From contig CAXXLL010000003.1 of assembly GCA_963662545.2 (NCBI GenBank), forward strand, positions 736,001 through 800,000: a DNA stretch of 64,000 nt. The letters are read 5' to 3'. The notes beneath the pieces were generated by a model. That model had not been told where the DNA came from. It did not search any database and was given only the letters and a program-made list of their open reading frames with translations. This DNA comes from Gammaproteobacteria bacterium (GTDB lineage: Bacteria > Pseudomonadota > Gammaproteobacteria > Ga0077536). Of this stretch, positions 30,962-40,879 are shown piece after piece (within the stretch, counting starts at the first letter, position 1; each line of letters opens with the position of its first letter). Both the position numbers and the translations under genes were made by a program.

Positions 30962-31183
30962 TTAATGGTTCAAACTATGTGCGTGGATGATCGCCTGCAT
31001 TCGATCGCGAAGCATGAGTTTTTCCTTTTTCAGGGTTTCTAATTCAAAGTGCTCCATGGCGGCACTGCCGGAATTGACCTCGTCGACTTTGACATTGAGG
31101 TCGCGGTGTTTGTCGTATAAACGGCGGAATCGGTCATCAGTGGTCAACAATTGGTCGACGGTAGCCTGATCGTATTCGAACAT
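30962..31183 (-). CDS. YdcH/DUF465 family protein
   Basis: FRRLYDKHRDLN...LETLKKEKLMLRDRM; GGAG RBS. Confidence 0.9.
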   Translation of the reverse strand: MFEYDQATVDQLLTTDDRFRRLYDKHRDLNVKVDEVNSGSAAMEHFELETLKKEKLMLRDRMQAIIHAHSLNH

Positions 31184-31521
31184 ACGGCTCCTCCCGATGG
31201 TGCGGTTTTCATCTCTCTCCTTAGCAAAGCTAGATCAGCTGACGGCCTACGACAAGTGCTGTAACAATAATTTATCCAGCGGGCGCGAAATCCGGCAATC
31301 CGATCAGTCGGTTTGCCTCGATCGGTGAGCAACTCGTGACAAATATTCGATAAGCCTATGTTTTCGCAAGATTGTGATTGAAGTGTGCTGAACGTCTACG
31401 GCGCCGTACTTCTGGCGGTCCCTTCCGCCACGGTCCGTTGCAACGGCGTTGAGGCAGCGCCGGCACGGCACAACGGTGACGTACACTTGACGCGGTGCGA
31501 TATCGGGGCGCGGCGCATTTC

Positions 31522-32925
31522 ATGACTGAACACATCCTTTTCGTGACCGGCAAACTCGCGGAAAAAAGCTTGAAACGCGTTCTCGCGTCCATTGAGAACC
31601 GAGAGTTCAACTACGAGATCCGCGTACTCGGTGTCTCTGTCGCCGCATTACTGACCGCGGCCATGATTCGGCGGCGAGTTGGAACGGTCGAGGGTTTCGA
31701 TCGCGTGATTCTGCCTGGGCGCTGCCGCGGCGATCTCGACGGGCTGGCCGCCCACTGCGGCGTCCCGTTCGAACGTGGCCCCGAGGAACTCAAAGATCTC
31801 CCGACTTTCTTCGGTGCACGGGCGCACCCACGAAATGTCGCGCGCACCGACGTTACCCTTTTCGCGGAGATTGTCGACACGCCTCAGCTCGACATCGACG
31901 CGATCATCCATCGCGCCCGCCAATTCAGTGCCGACGGAGCAGACGTGATCGACCTCGGCTGTCTGCCTGATACGCCGTTCTTGCATCTTGAAGACGTGGT
32001 CAGAAACCTGAAAGAGGAAGGATTCAAAGTCAGCATCGATTCACTGGACACCCAAGAACTCCAACGAGGTATTGAAGCCGGTGCGGACTACGTTTTCAGT
32101 CTCACGGAGAAAACGCTCGATTTGGTCGCGGAGCACGCCTGCGCGCCCATCCTGATCACCGAAGATCCTACCGATCTTGATTCGCTTTGCCGCACGATAG
32201 AGACCTTCGCGAAACTAGACCGCCCCTTCTACGCGGATCCGGTACTCGATCCGATACACCACGGATTCACACTCTCGCTCAGCCGTTACAAAACGCTTCG
32301 TGATCGGTTTCCCGACATTGAAATCATGATGGGCATCGGCAATCTGTCGGAACTGACACATGCCGACAGCCTCGGACTCAATACCCTGCTGATGGGCGTC
32401 GTTTCGGAACTGCATATCACAGCCGTGTTGACGACCGAAGTCAGTGCCCATTGCCGTAGCGTGATACGGGAGCTCGATCGCGCGCGTCGCGTCATGTTTG
32501 CCGCGCGCGCGGACAATACGCCGCCGCGTCACATCGACGAAACACTGCTCGCTCTGCACGAACGACACCCGTTTCCCTATTCGACCGAAGAGATCGCCGA
32601 ATTCGCGGCCGATATCGCGGACGACAACTTCAGGATACAGATCAGCGCCGATGGCATTCACGTATACAATCGCAAGGGCCTTCACGTGGCGCAGGATCCT
32701 TACGAACTCTACCCCACTCTCGAAGTCGACGATGACGCGCCTCACGCTTTCTATCTCGGTCTCGAACTTGCGAGGGCCCAGATCGCATGGCAACTCGGCA
32801 AGCGGTATGCGCAGGACGAATCACTCGATTGGGGTTGCATCCTGCCTCAAGCGAACGACGACAAACTCGAATACGCACGCGCACGCAGTACCTTGAAAGC
32901 CAGACGCCGGCGGCGTAAGCCCTAG
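31522..32925 (+). CDS. Dihydropteroate synthase-related protein (DUF6513; Orf20-like, tetrahydromethanopterin biosynthesis)
   Basis: ILFVTGKLAEKSL, VILPGRCRGDL, GPEELKDLP, GADVIDLGCLP, MMGIGNLSELTHADS, HAFYLGLELARA. Confidence 0.82.
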   Translation: MTEHILFVTGKLAEKSLKRVLASIENREFNYEIRVLGVSVAALLTAAMIRRRVGTVEGFDRVILPGRCRGDLDGLAAHCGVPFERGPEELKDLPTFFGARAHPRNVARTDVTLFAEIVDTPQLDIDAIIHRARQFSADGADVIDLGCLPDTPFLHLEDVVRNLKEEGFKVSIDSLDTQELQRGIEAGADYVFSLTEKTLDLVAEHACAPILITEDPTDLDSLCRTIETFAKLDRPFYADPVLDPIHHGFTLSLSRYKTLRDRFPDIEIMMGIGNLSELTHADSLGLNTLLMGVVSELHITAVLTTEVSAHCRSVIRELDRARRVMFAARADNTPPRHIDETLLALHERHPFPYSTEEIAEFAADIADDNFRIQISADGIHVYNRKGLHVAQDPYELYPTLEVDDDAPHAFYLGLELARAQIAWQLGKRYAQDESLDWGCILPQANDDKLEYARARSTLKARRRRRKP

Positions 32926-33034
32926 TCCGCCTGTCGCATGAAGGAAAGCAGCTGCCTGCGCAGAGTAAGCACGTCTGGGTGAACGGCGCGGCCGCTAACG
33001 CCTTCGTACGTTAGGCGGGCTAGGCCGCCCCTTC

Positions 33035-34276
33035 CTATTCTTCGCCGGGCTTAGGGTGGACAGTCGCCAGACCGATCGGGATCAACAGCCATGCAAGCGT
33101 TGACCAATAAGAACCGTAAAAAGCCATATGGGCATTCAAGGGAAACCAGGCCACCAGGGCGCACAGCAACCAGGCCGGAAGTCCAAATCGCGACTGGGCT
33201 CGCAGCATTTCGCGACCCAGGAGAAGGGTAGCCCCAATCAATCCGAGAATGCCCAGTATGCCGGTTTCAATGGCGACCTCGAGGAAGAACAGGTGGGGGT
33301 GCGTCTGCCCGACCCCATTTCGCCGCAACCAGAAATCCTCTTCATCGGCGTACGCCACATAGGCATAACGGAACCCGCGGGGCCCGATCCCCGCAATCCA
33401 GTTATCGGCGAGCATCGAGGTACCGGTGCGCCACAGCGACAAGCGATTTGCCGTCGCCTCTTCGACCTCGACGGCGTCGGTGCTGAATACCCCGGCGCTC
33501 GATTGGAGGCGGTGCTTGAGTGCGGGATTGAAGAGCACCGTGGTGACGACAACGGTGAGGACGATCGCGATTGGAAGAACCGGCAGATCCCGGATGCGCT
33601 GTCGGTTGATTCTCAGGTGAAGAAACAGATATCCGGCCATGCCGACGAACAACATGATCCAGGCCGTACGCTTGAGAGACATCAGAATGACGATGATGAT
33701 CGGGAGCAACAGGAACCACGTTCGTGGCACGGAACGACACCAGCGGATGACCGCATCGACGCACAAGGGAGCGAATACGGCGAGAAACAGGCCCAGGCGC
33801 TGCTTGGGGTAGAAGACACCCTTCAAGATCTCGTCGTCATAAGGATAACCGAACAGATCGACGTGCCAGATCAACTGCGCAAACGCATCGAATCCTGCAA
33901 AAATCACGAGCACGGCCGTACCGAAGGTAACCAGGCGTAACACGTCGGCGTCACGGCATGCTGCGAGGACGAAGTAAGCCGCCGGCAGGAAATGAAAATA
34001 ACGCGCCGTCGTCCCCGCCGACCGCTCAAAATTGACGGCATCGAAAGAGGCGATCAGCATCGGGATCCAGATCAGGGCGAACACGATCAACAGGGTGCGC
34101 GCCTGCCCCGTGAGACAATCGCGCGGGCGCCAAACGATCTGCGCGAGGCCGAGAAGCGACATCAGCGCGACTGGGTAATGAACGTAATTTTCGGTTGCAA
34201 ACAGCGCGAAAGAAATAAGGATCAACACCGCTTTGGCGTATACCCCAGAGGACGAAACGCACGAGATGGCGGTCAT
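33035..34276 (-). CDS. O-antigen ligase (WaaL/Wzy_C) family membrane protein
   Basis: Multiple TMs; RLSLWRTG..M..NWIAGIGPRGF; HPH..FLEVAIETGILG. Confidence 0.88.
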   Translation of the reverse strand: MTAISCVSSSGVYAKAVLILISFALFATENYVHYPVALMSLLGLAQIVWRPRDCLTGQARTLLIVFALIWIPMLIASFDAVNFERSAGTTARYFHFLPAAYFVLAACRDADVLRLVTFGTAVLVIFAGFDAFAQLIWHVDLFGYPYDDEILKGVFYPKQRLGLFLAVFAPLCVDAVIRWCRSVPRTWFLLLPIIIVILMSLKRTAWIMLFVGMAGYLFLHLRINRQRIRDLPVLPIAIVLTVVVTTVLFNPALKHRLQSSAGVFSTDAVEVEEATANRLSLWRTGTSMLADNWIAGIGPRGFRYAYVAYADEEDFWLRRNGVGQTHPHLFFLEVAIETGILGILGLIGATLLLGREMLRAQSRFGLPAWLLCALVAWFPLNAHMAFYGSYWSTLAWLLIPIGLATVHPKPGEE

Positions 34277-34330
34277 GTCGTCTCGAGATGGCGTAGGTAG
34301 AGGTTGATTGTGAAGGCGCGGATCGTCGGC

Positions 34331-35119
34331 TCAGCCAAGAGCGGCGACCAGCTTTTGGTGCGTTCGCTCGGGTTGCTCGCTCATCAAAATATGGCCGCAT
34401 CGATCGATGAGCTCGATCGAGCAATTCGCTATCACAGAGGCCAGATCCAAGGCTGCCCGGTACGGCGCCATCCGGTCTTGCGCGCCACAGATAATCGTCG
34501 TCACGGCGGTGACCTGCGCGGCCGCTTTCGTGCCGCGTAAATAGGCATTGCTGGCGCACAAGTCATTGAACAGAAGGCCCGATTGCGCGCGCTCCAACAG
34601 CCGTGACGCGGTATTCATGACATGGATGCCCGCGACCGGGTTAGCACCGAATTGAGCATGGAAGCCATGCCCCCAGAGCATCATCATGTCGCGCGCTTGA
34701 GGACGATCCTCGCGTGCGGCATCGAGCAATTGCTCACTGACGGGCATCGGAACCGCCGCGCCCAAGAGCGCAAGCCGCTCGACCCGGGAGCCGCCGGTCG
34801 CGGCCGTTTCCAGCGCCACCAGAGCACCCATGCTATGCCCCGCAATGGCAGCCGTTTCGATCCCAAACGCATCCATGCATCGCAACAACCATCCCGCCAT
34901 GGCTTCCACGGAGGTGATGGCCGCGCCGTTGGAACGACCGTGAGCCGGCAGATCAGGTGCGATCACGGAACGGCCGATGTGCATGAAATAGCGCGTGTGC
35001 ATAGCCCAAACGGTGTGGTCCATCGCGGCTCCGTGTACGAGTACTACCGGTGGCGCCGGAGAAGCCTCCGCGATTCTTCCAGCGGCGAATACCGTGTGAC
35101 CGTCGACTTCAGCGTACAT
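34331..35119 (-). CDS. Alpha/beta hydrolase
   Basis: VLVHGA, DLPAHGRS, GHSMG nucleophile elbow, GAQDRM, CGH. Confidence 0.92.
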   Translation of the reverse strand: MYAEVDGHTVFAAGRIAEASPAPPVVLVHGAAMDHTVWAMHTRYFMHIGRSVIAPDLPAHGRSNGAAITSVEAMAGWLLRCMDAFGIETAAIAGHSMGALVALETAATGGSRVERLALLGAAVPMPVSEQLLDAAREDRPQARDMMMLWGHGFHAQFGANPVAGIHVMNTASRLLERAQSGLLFNDLCASNAYLRGTKAAAQVTAVTTIICGAQDRMAPYRAALDLASVIANCSIELIDRCGHILMSEQPERTHQKLVAALG

Positions 35120-35125
35120 CGCTGA

Positions 35126-36424
35126 TCACCCTTTCTGCGATTGGTATATGGCCCGGGACAAATCGTCGATGAGATCGGAAACATTCTCCAGCCCCACCGA
35201 TAAGCGCACTAAGCCCTCGGATATGCCCGCGGCACGCAGCGCTTCGTCGTCCATGCGGCTGTGGGTCGTCGACGCCGGGTGAATGACGAGAGATTTTGCG
35301 TCTCCAACATTGGCCAGGTGCGAAAAAATCTGCAGCCCCTCGATCAGTTTCCTCCCGGCCGCGCGCCCGCCGCGTATCTCGAAACTGAACACCGCGCCGG
35401 CGCCCTTCGGTAACAAGCGTTTCGCGAGTTCGTGATCCGGATGTGCAGCCAGTGCCGGATAGGTCACGCTATTGATCACTTCCTGGGCGTCCAGAAACTC
35501 GGCAATCGCCGTCGCGTTAGCCACGTGCCGCTCCATGCGCAAGGGCAATGTCTCCAATCCCTGCAAGAGGTGAACTGCCGTTACCGGACTCATCACCGCC
35601 CCGAAATCACGCAGTCCCTCGCGCCGCGCGCGGATGATGAATGCCGCGGGACCGAATTCCTCGACGAAATTCAGTCCATGAAACCCTTCGTACGGTGTAC
35701 ACAAGGTGGCGAAGCGCTTCGGATCCTGATCCCAGTCGAAACGTCCGCCATCGATCACCGCGCCGCCCAGTGCAATGCCGTGCCCCCCGATGAATTTGGT
35801 GAGCGAGTGCACCAGGATATCGGCGCCGAGTTCGAGTGGTTGCATCAGGTAAGGCGTAGTCAAGGTTGGATCGAGAACCAAGGGCAAGCCGTGCTCGTGG
35901 GCGAGATCGGCGATCACGGGAACGTCGAGGATCTCGCAGCGCGGGTTACCGATGGTTTCAGCGTAGATCATAACCGTGTTACCGCGAATGGCGTCGCGAA
36001 ACGCCGCCGGATCGCGTGGATCAACGAAAGTCGTTTCGATGCCGAAACGCGGCAGCGTGTAGCTGAACAGATTGTGCGTGCCGCCGTAGAGCGAGCGCGA
36101 GGAAACAATATGGCTGCCGCTGCCGGCCAGCGTCGCGATGGCGAGGTGAATGGCCGCCATGCCACTGGCGGTCGCGACAGCGCCGACGCCTTTTTCGAGC
36201 ACCGCGAGGCGCTCTTCCAAAACGCTTACAGTCGGATTCGAAATGCGCGAATACACGTGCCCGGAACGCGCGATGTCGAACCGAGAGCCCGCTTGATCGC
36301 TGTCTTTGAACACGAACGAAACCGTCTGATAGACGGGGACTGCGCGGCTCCCCGTCGCCGGATCGGGTTCCTGCCCGGCATGTAGGGACAGGGTATCGAA
36401 TCCCAGGTATTTGGGTCCTGACAT
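35126..36424 (-). CDS. metY: O-acetylhomoserine aminocarboxypropyltransferase/cysteine synthase
   Basis: LHAGQEPDP, YSRISNPT, HSLTKFIGGHG (PLP Lys), HLANVGDAKSLVIHPASTTH. Confidence 0.93.
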   Translation of the reverse strand: MSGPKYLGFDTLSLHAGQEPDPATGSRAVPVYQTVSFVFKDSDQAGSRFDIARSGHVYSRISNPTVSVLEERLAVLEKGVGAVATASGMAAIHLAIATLAGSGSHIVSSRSLYGGTHNLFSYTLPRFGIETTFVDPRDPAAFRDAIRGNTVMIYAETIGNPRCEILDVPVIADLAHEHGLPLVLDPTLTTPYLMQPLELGADILVHSLTKFIGGHGIALGGAVIDGGRFDWDQDPKRFATLCTPYEGFHGLNFVEEFGPAAFIIRARREGLRDFGAVMSPVTAVHLLQGLETLPLRMERHVANATAIAEFLDAQEVINSVTYPALAAHPDHELAKRLLPKGAGAVFSFEIRGGRAAGRKLIEGLQIFSHLANVGDAKSLVIHPASTTHSRMDDEALRAAGISEGLVRLSVGLENVSDLIDDLSRAIYQSQKG

Positions 36425-36437
36425 GGAAGTATCCTGC

Positions 36438-36603
36438 TAGCAGCCTGTCGGACTTAGGGAATCGTAGCGAGGCGGTTGGGAGAGCGGTCTGAGAGGTGTC
36501 ATGGTTTGAGGCGAATAGTGGGGCTATGTAACGAGAACCATGGCACATCTGGACCGCGATCCCAACGCCGCAGTAGATTCTTCTTAAGTCCGACAGGCTG
36601 CTA
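36438..36603. mobile_element. MITE (166 bp) with perfect 19-bp terminal inverted repeats
   Basis: tagcagcctgtcggactta (36438-36456) / taagtccgacaggctgcta (36585-36603); internal arms also pair (gttggga/tcccaac, gcggtc/gaccgc, catggtt/aaccatg); CTA at both ends. Confidence 0.85.
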
Positions 36604-36639
36604 AACGCAGCGGGCATGTTATCGCGGATGCGAAACGGG

Positions 36640-36670
36640 AAAAAAAAGCCCCGCCATAAACCAGCGGGGC
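36640..36670 (-). terminator. Rho-independent terminator upstream of metY
   Basis: Minus strand GCCCCGC-TGGTTTATG-GCGGGGC-TTTTTTTT. Confidence 0.85.
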
Positions 36671-36828
36671 GAAAGAGCGTTGGTCGTGCACTAATACGAC
36701 CGATTGACACTATCCGGACATCGCGGGGCGGACATTGATTCGCCGTAAACATGACTCGGCCGATATCATTGCCCGCCTCGGTACTCGACCGCGCAGTGCG
36801 CCGGTAGTGACGGGAACGGACCCGTCGG
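36640..36828 (-). ncRNA. Candidate sigma54-dependent sRNA or leader RNA
   Basis: Bounded by a -24/-12 promoter and an intrinsic terminator; no convincing long ORF. Confidence 0.45.
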
Positions 36829-36838
36829 GTCAATACAA

Positions 36839-36854
36839 TGCAATAAGGTTGCCA
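36839..36854 (-). promoter_or_regulatory. Sigma54 (-24/-12) promoter
   Basis: Minus strand TGGCAACCTTATTGCA matches TGGCACGNNNNTTGCW with exact GG-N10-GC spacing; AT-rich upstream region. Confidence 0.65.
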
Positions 36855-37005
36855 ACTTGATAGGTCATTCATTTATAAAGAGTTTTAATGGGGCAGCCGG
36901 CGCGGTCACCCTGATTTTGTAAAGAATCTTGACAGTTTCGCCGGCGCCGGCGCGCTTAAAAGCGAGTTTTTTGTATATAAGCTTTTGTTTTGACGTAACT
37001 TTCCT

Positions 37006-38061
37006 TCATTTTGATGCGGTGTCAAATTTCTTGACACCCGGCGCCTTTCGCAAACCTGCCCGAAACAGCTTGGCACGCACCGTCTGGCGGTATTCTGAGG
37101 GGGTGACCGACATTTCCCGCCCGAACAAGCGCGCGAAGTGACCCGCGTCTTCGTAACCGACGCGGTATGCCACCTCGCTGATAGTGAGATTGGTGTTTTC
37201 CAATAATCCTTTTGCAAACCTGACACGCTCGCGCTGCCAAAAAGAACGTGGACTGGTACCCAGCGCCGCGAGAAAGCGCCGGTTGAGGGTACGAGAACTA
37301 GTGCGCAGGCGCGTGGCGAGTTCAGCGATGGTGATCTGAGTCGACAGGTTGTTTTCGATCCAGGCCTGCGCTTCGACGACGAGTTCGTCGTCGAGCGGCG
37401 AGTTTTCGCCATCCATGTACCGGTATTCTTCGTAGGTACGCCGGATTTCATGCGAAAAATTTCGTTCGACGTGATGAGCGGTCGCGCGATCGTATGCACG
37501 TTCTATCAGGTTTACCGTCACGTCAGCGAGCGAATTGATGCTCGCCGCGCAGTACAGCGACCCTGCTTGTGTGATGAAGAACTGGCGTTTCAGATCGACG
37601 CGGGGGAATTCCCGTTCGAACGTTTCGAAATAGTACCAATGTGTCGTCGCCGCCTTGCCGTCCAGTAATCCCGACGCCGCCAGCAGACTGACACCGGTAC
37701 CGACGGCCGCGATATCCGCTCCGCGTTCGAACTGCCGGACCAACCACGGCCGCAGCCGTGCTCTGACGACCCCGGTCCGAGCCGGGTTGCGCCACAACGC
37801 GGGCAAATAGACGACATCGAAATCAGGATGGCTGTCGAGCGTGCAGTTCGGCGTAATGGGCAGCCGGCCGAACTGACCGGGAAGATCTTCGCCGCAGGAA
37901 ACCAGTCGCAGGCCTGCCGAACGGCCCCCACGCCGCTGACCCCGCCGGTAATCGTCCGCTGCGGCCCACATCTCGTATGGCAAGGCGGTACCGGTGGTCA
38001 GCATGCCGGGCGTCAGCACGAACCCTATCGTGAGCACGTCGTGATCGAAGGTCTCGGGCAT
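37006..38061 (-). CDS. GlxA family AraC regulator (DJ-1/PfpI + HTH)
   Basis: GLLDGKAATTHW; C-terminal AraC double HTH (SSRTLNRRF, ISEVAYRVGYEDAGHFARLF). Confidence 0.92.
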   Translation of the reverse strand: MPETFDHDVLTIGFVLTPGMLTTGTALPYEMWAAADDYRRGQRRGGRSAGLRLVSCGEDLPGQFGRLPITPNCTLDSHPDFDVVYLPALWRNPARTGVVRARLRPWLVRQFERGADIAAVGTGVSLLAASGLLDGKAATTHWYYFETFEREFPRVDLKRQFFITQAGSLYCAASINSLADVTVNLIERAYDRATAHHVERNFSHEIRRTYEEYRYMDGENSPLDDELVVEAQAWIENNLSTQITIAELATRLRTSSRTLNRRFLAALGTSPRSFWQRERVRFAKGLLENTNLTISEVAYRVGYEDAGHFARLFGREMSVTPSEYRQTVRAKLFRAGLRKAPGVKKFDTASK

Positions 38062-38174
38062 TCAGATGATCGGGATCAGCGTCTTAAATGACCAATAATA
38101 TGGCGCATTTGGCCTCAAACAGCCACCCCGACACTCCATAGAATACCGTCGATTGTTTTAACCGGAGGGGTTGC

Positions 38175-40070
38175 ATGACTCGATTGCCCGTGATCGTCGG
38201 CTTTGGCGGAGTCGGACCTGCCGGTCGTTCTTCGTTTCACCACGCTTACGACCGCATCATCTGGGAAAGCCTCGATCGGCGTCGCCGCCGCACCACCGTT
38301 ACCGCACTCTCTTCGATGATGAATCTCGCCTTCGAGCGGGACGGCGAACTGCGTGCACCGGACGGCACCGAAATCGATTCGCCGGCTTACGCGGAACTCG
38401 AGGCGAAGGTCCTCGCGGGAACACTCATCCGGCGCTTGGAGACTACCCACTTCGATCCGGACAGCGTGCCGGTCAACACGCCGCTAGCTATCACTGCCGT
38501 CAGCGGCACGCAGAGCATCCTCACCATCAGCGAGCGCGATCTGCCCGATCCGCTGCCCGCGGGCTGGCAGGTCGTTTCCAAGGCCGAGGGACGAGTCATC
38601 GTGCGGGTCGAGTGTGGTCAGCTGTGGGTCGAGACGCGGCGCAAACTGGCCGTGCAGTCTGCCGGACAATTACCGTCGGGCTTTGATCCCGCAGCACTCT
38701 ACAAATCACGATTTCATCCGCGCGGTTTGCAGCTCGTGATCATCGCCGCATCCGATGCGGTTCGTTCGATGGGTATCGAATGGTCGACCATTGTGGAAAC
38801 GGTACGTCCTGACGAAATCGCGGTCTATGCTGCTAGCGCAATGGCGCAACTCGACGGCAACGGTACCGGCGGCATGCTGCAGGCACGATTGCGCGGCAAT
38901 CGTGTCAGCTCGAAACAACTCCCGCTCGGTTTGAATACCATGCCCGCCGATTTCGTCAATGCTTATGTACTCGGCAGCGTTGGTGCGACGGGTGCTAATG
39001 CGGGCGCCTGTGCGACATTTCTCTACAACCTCCGCCTTGCCGTTGAGGACATCCAAAGCGGGCGCCGGCGGATCGCTGTGGTCGGTAACGGCGAGGCACC
39101 GCTGGTTCCGGAGGTCATCGAAGGTTACGCCGCGATGAGCGCGCTCGCCACCGACGACAACTTGTGCCGGCTCGATGGCAGCGACACGCCCGACTACCGC
39201 CGCGCCAGCCGGCCGTTCGGCGAGAACTGCGGCTTCACGCTGGGCGAATCCGGACAATATTTCGTGCTCATGGACGACGCGCTGGCAGTGCAGCTGGGGG
39301 CGCAGATCCACGGCGCCGTCACGGACGTATTCGTCAACGCCGACGGCTTCAAGAAATCCATATCTGCGCCCGGCCCGGGCAATTACATCACGCTCGGAAA
39401 AGCGGTTGCGGGCGCACGATCGCTGTTCGGGGACGCTGCCGTGCGCGATCGAAGCTTCGTTCAGGCACACGGATCCAGCACACCGCAAAACCGGACGACA
39501 GAGACACGCATCCTCGACCGCGTCGCGGCAGCATTTGAGATCAAGGAATGGCCGGTGACGGCGGTGAAGGCCTTCGTCGGCCACCCTCTTGCTCCCGCGA
39601 GCGGCGATCAGTTGGTCAATGCACTCGGTGTGCTGCGGCATGGCATCCTGCCCGGCATCAAAACGCTGGACCGTCTGGCCGATGATCTTTATAACGAACG
39701 CCTCAACATCCCGCTGTCAGACATCGATCTGGGCGAGCGTGCGCAGATCGCCTTTCTCAATTCAAAGGGCTTCGGCGGCAACAACGCGACTGGAACAGTG
39801 GTCTCACCTGCGGCTACCGAAGCGATGCTGACTAAACGATATGGCGCGAAGGCGATGTCCGCCTACCGCGCTAAGCGCGAGGCGGTTGAAGCTGAAGCAC
39901 TGGCCTACGACAGTGAGTGTCATGCTGGCCCGATGCAGCCGATCTACCGCTTCGGCGAAGCGTTGATCAACGAGGACGCGATCGCATTCGAAGGCGGTGA
40001 ACTCTCTATCCCCGGTTATAAACTAGGCGTGGAACTGTCCGGCAAAAACCTTTATCCAGACATGGTCTGA
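38175..40070 (+). CDS. fabY: Beta-ketoacyl-ACP synthase, FabY type
   Basis: MTRLPVIVGFGG..PAGRSSFHHAY, GACATFLYNL, VQAHGSSTPQNR, FLNSKGFGGNNATG; 631 aa. Confidence 0.9.
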   Translation: MTRLPVIVGFGGVGPAGRSSFHHAYDRIIWESLDRRRRRTTVTALSSMMNLAFERDGELRAPDGTEIDSPAYAELEAKVLAGTLIRRLETTHFDPDSVPVNTPLAITAVSGTQSILTISERDLPDPLPAGWQVVSKAEGRVIVRVECGQLWVETRRKLAVQSAGQLPSGFDPAALYKSRFHPRGLQLVIIAASDAVRSMGIEWSTIVETVRPDEIAVYAASAMAQLDGNGTGGMLQARLRGNRVSSKQLPLGLNTMPADFVNAYVLGSVGATGANAGACATFLYNLRLAVEDIQSGRRRIAVVGNGEAPLVPEVIEGYAAMSALATDDNLCRLDGSDTPDYRRASRPFGENCGFTLGESGQYFVLMDDALAVQLGAQIHGAVTDVFVNADGFKKSISAPGPGNYITLGKAVAGARSLFGDAAVRDRSFVQAHGSSTPQNRTTETRILDRVAAAFEIKEWPVTAVKAFVGHPLAPASGDQLVNALGVLRHGILPGIKTLDRLADDLYNERLNIPLSDIDLGERAQIAFLNSKGFGGNNATGTVVSPAATEAMLTKRYGAKAMSAYRAKREAVEAEALAYDSECHAGPMQPIYRFGEALINEDAIAFEGGELSIPGYKLGVELSGKNLYPDMV

Positions 40071-40075
40071 CCACT

Positions 40076-40501
40076 ATGCGTACTGATCAAAACAGTGGCG
40101 CAGATCATTGTTTCGTATGCGGTAGCGCCAATCCGATCGGCCTGAAACTCGAGTTTACCGTCGACGGCGATGTTTGCAGCGGTGAATTCACGTCCGCCGC
40201 CAACCATGCCGGCTTCGATGGCCTTACCCACGGTGGAATTATTTTCAGCGTACTCGATGACGCAATGGCGAACTGGTTTTTCCTTCAAGGTGCCCGCGGT
40301 TATACGGCCAAATCTCAAATTCGATATCGAGAAGCAATGCCCCTCGGCAGTACGGCCACGATCGAATGCACCATGACCAAACGCAAAGGCCGCCTCATTC
40401 AGCTCACGGCGCGCGCGATAAACCGCGACACCGGTAATGTAATCGCCGAAAGCGACGGCAGTTTCATGTTGGAGAATTTTGGTGATCTACCGTCCTCGTA
40501 A
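40076..40501 (+). CDS. PaaI family thioesterase
   Basis: CFVCGSANPIGL, HGGIIFSVLDDAM hotdog motif. Confidence 0.9.
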   Translation: MRTDQNSGADHCFVCGSANPIGLKLEFTVDGDVCSGEFTSAANHAGFDGLTHGGIIFSVLDDAMANWFFLQGARGYTAKSQIRYREAMPLGSTATIECTMTKRKGRLIQLTARAINRDTGNVIAESDGSFMLENFGDLPSS

Positions 40502-40506
40502 CGCTC

Positions 40507-40740
40507 ATGTCGGATAAATCCTGCTCATCTTGCGGTGTAATCTTCGCCTGCGGCCGCGATGAAGACGATTGCTGGTGCCAATCCCTGCCCCCCTTATCGC
40601 GATCGGCGATTGACGCGGCTTCGAACTGCCTGTGTCAGGCTTGCCTCGAGCCGCGTACCCGTCAGAATCGAGAAGTCCGTGCCCACGGCGCCGTAAGCGA
40701 TGCTCCCGAATCCGATCCTGATTCTCCGGCATCAGCATAA
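40507..40740 (+). CDS. Cysteine-rich CWC family protein
   Basis: CSSCG..FACG....CWC...CLCQACL. Confidence 0.85.
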   Translation: MSDKSCSSCGVIFACGRDEDDCWCQSLPPLSRSAIDAASNCLCQACLEPRTRQNREVRAHGAVSDAPESDPDSPASA

Positions 40741-40879
40741 TCACCCGCCCGGGTTTTTTGCCGAATTCCTCGCGCGCGCCGGCTTGGCGACGATGACGCG
40801 GCGCGCCGGAACGATCGATGGTTGATCGGGTCGAATGCCCAGGAAGACTTTGCTTCATGGGAGGCAGCGTTGCAATCGC

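Noticed and set aside
35432-36385. 317-aa plus-strand ORF
   Set aside because: Antisense shadow of metY
36640-36830. SAM riboswitch upstream of metY
   Set aside because: Could not recognise SAM-I, SAM-II or SAH consensus elements by eye; kept only as a generic sRNA/leader candidate
36021-36872. 283-aa minus-strand ORF spanning the metY upstream region
   Set aside because: Runs through a terminator and a MITE and overlaps metY out of frame; not protein-like
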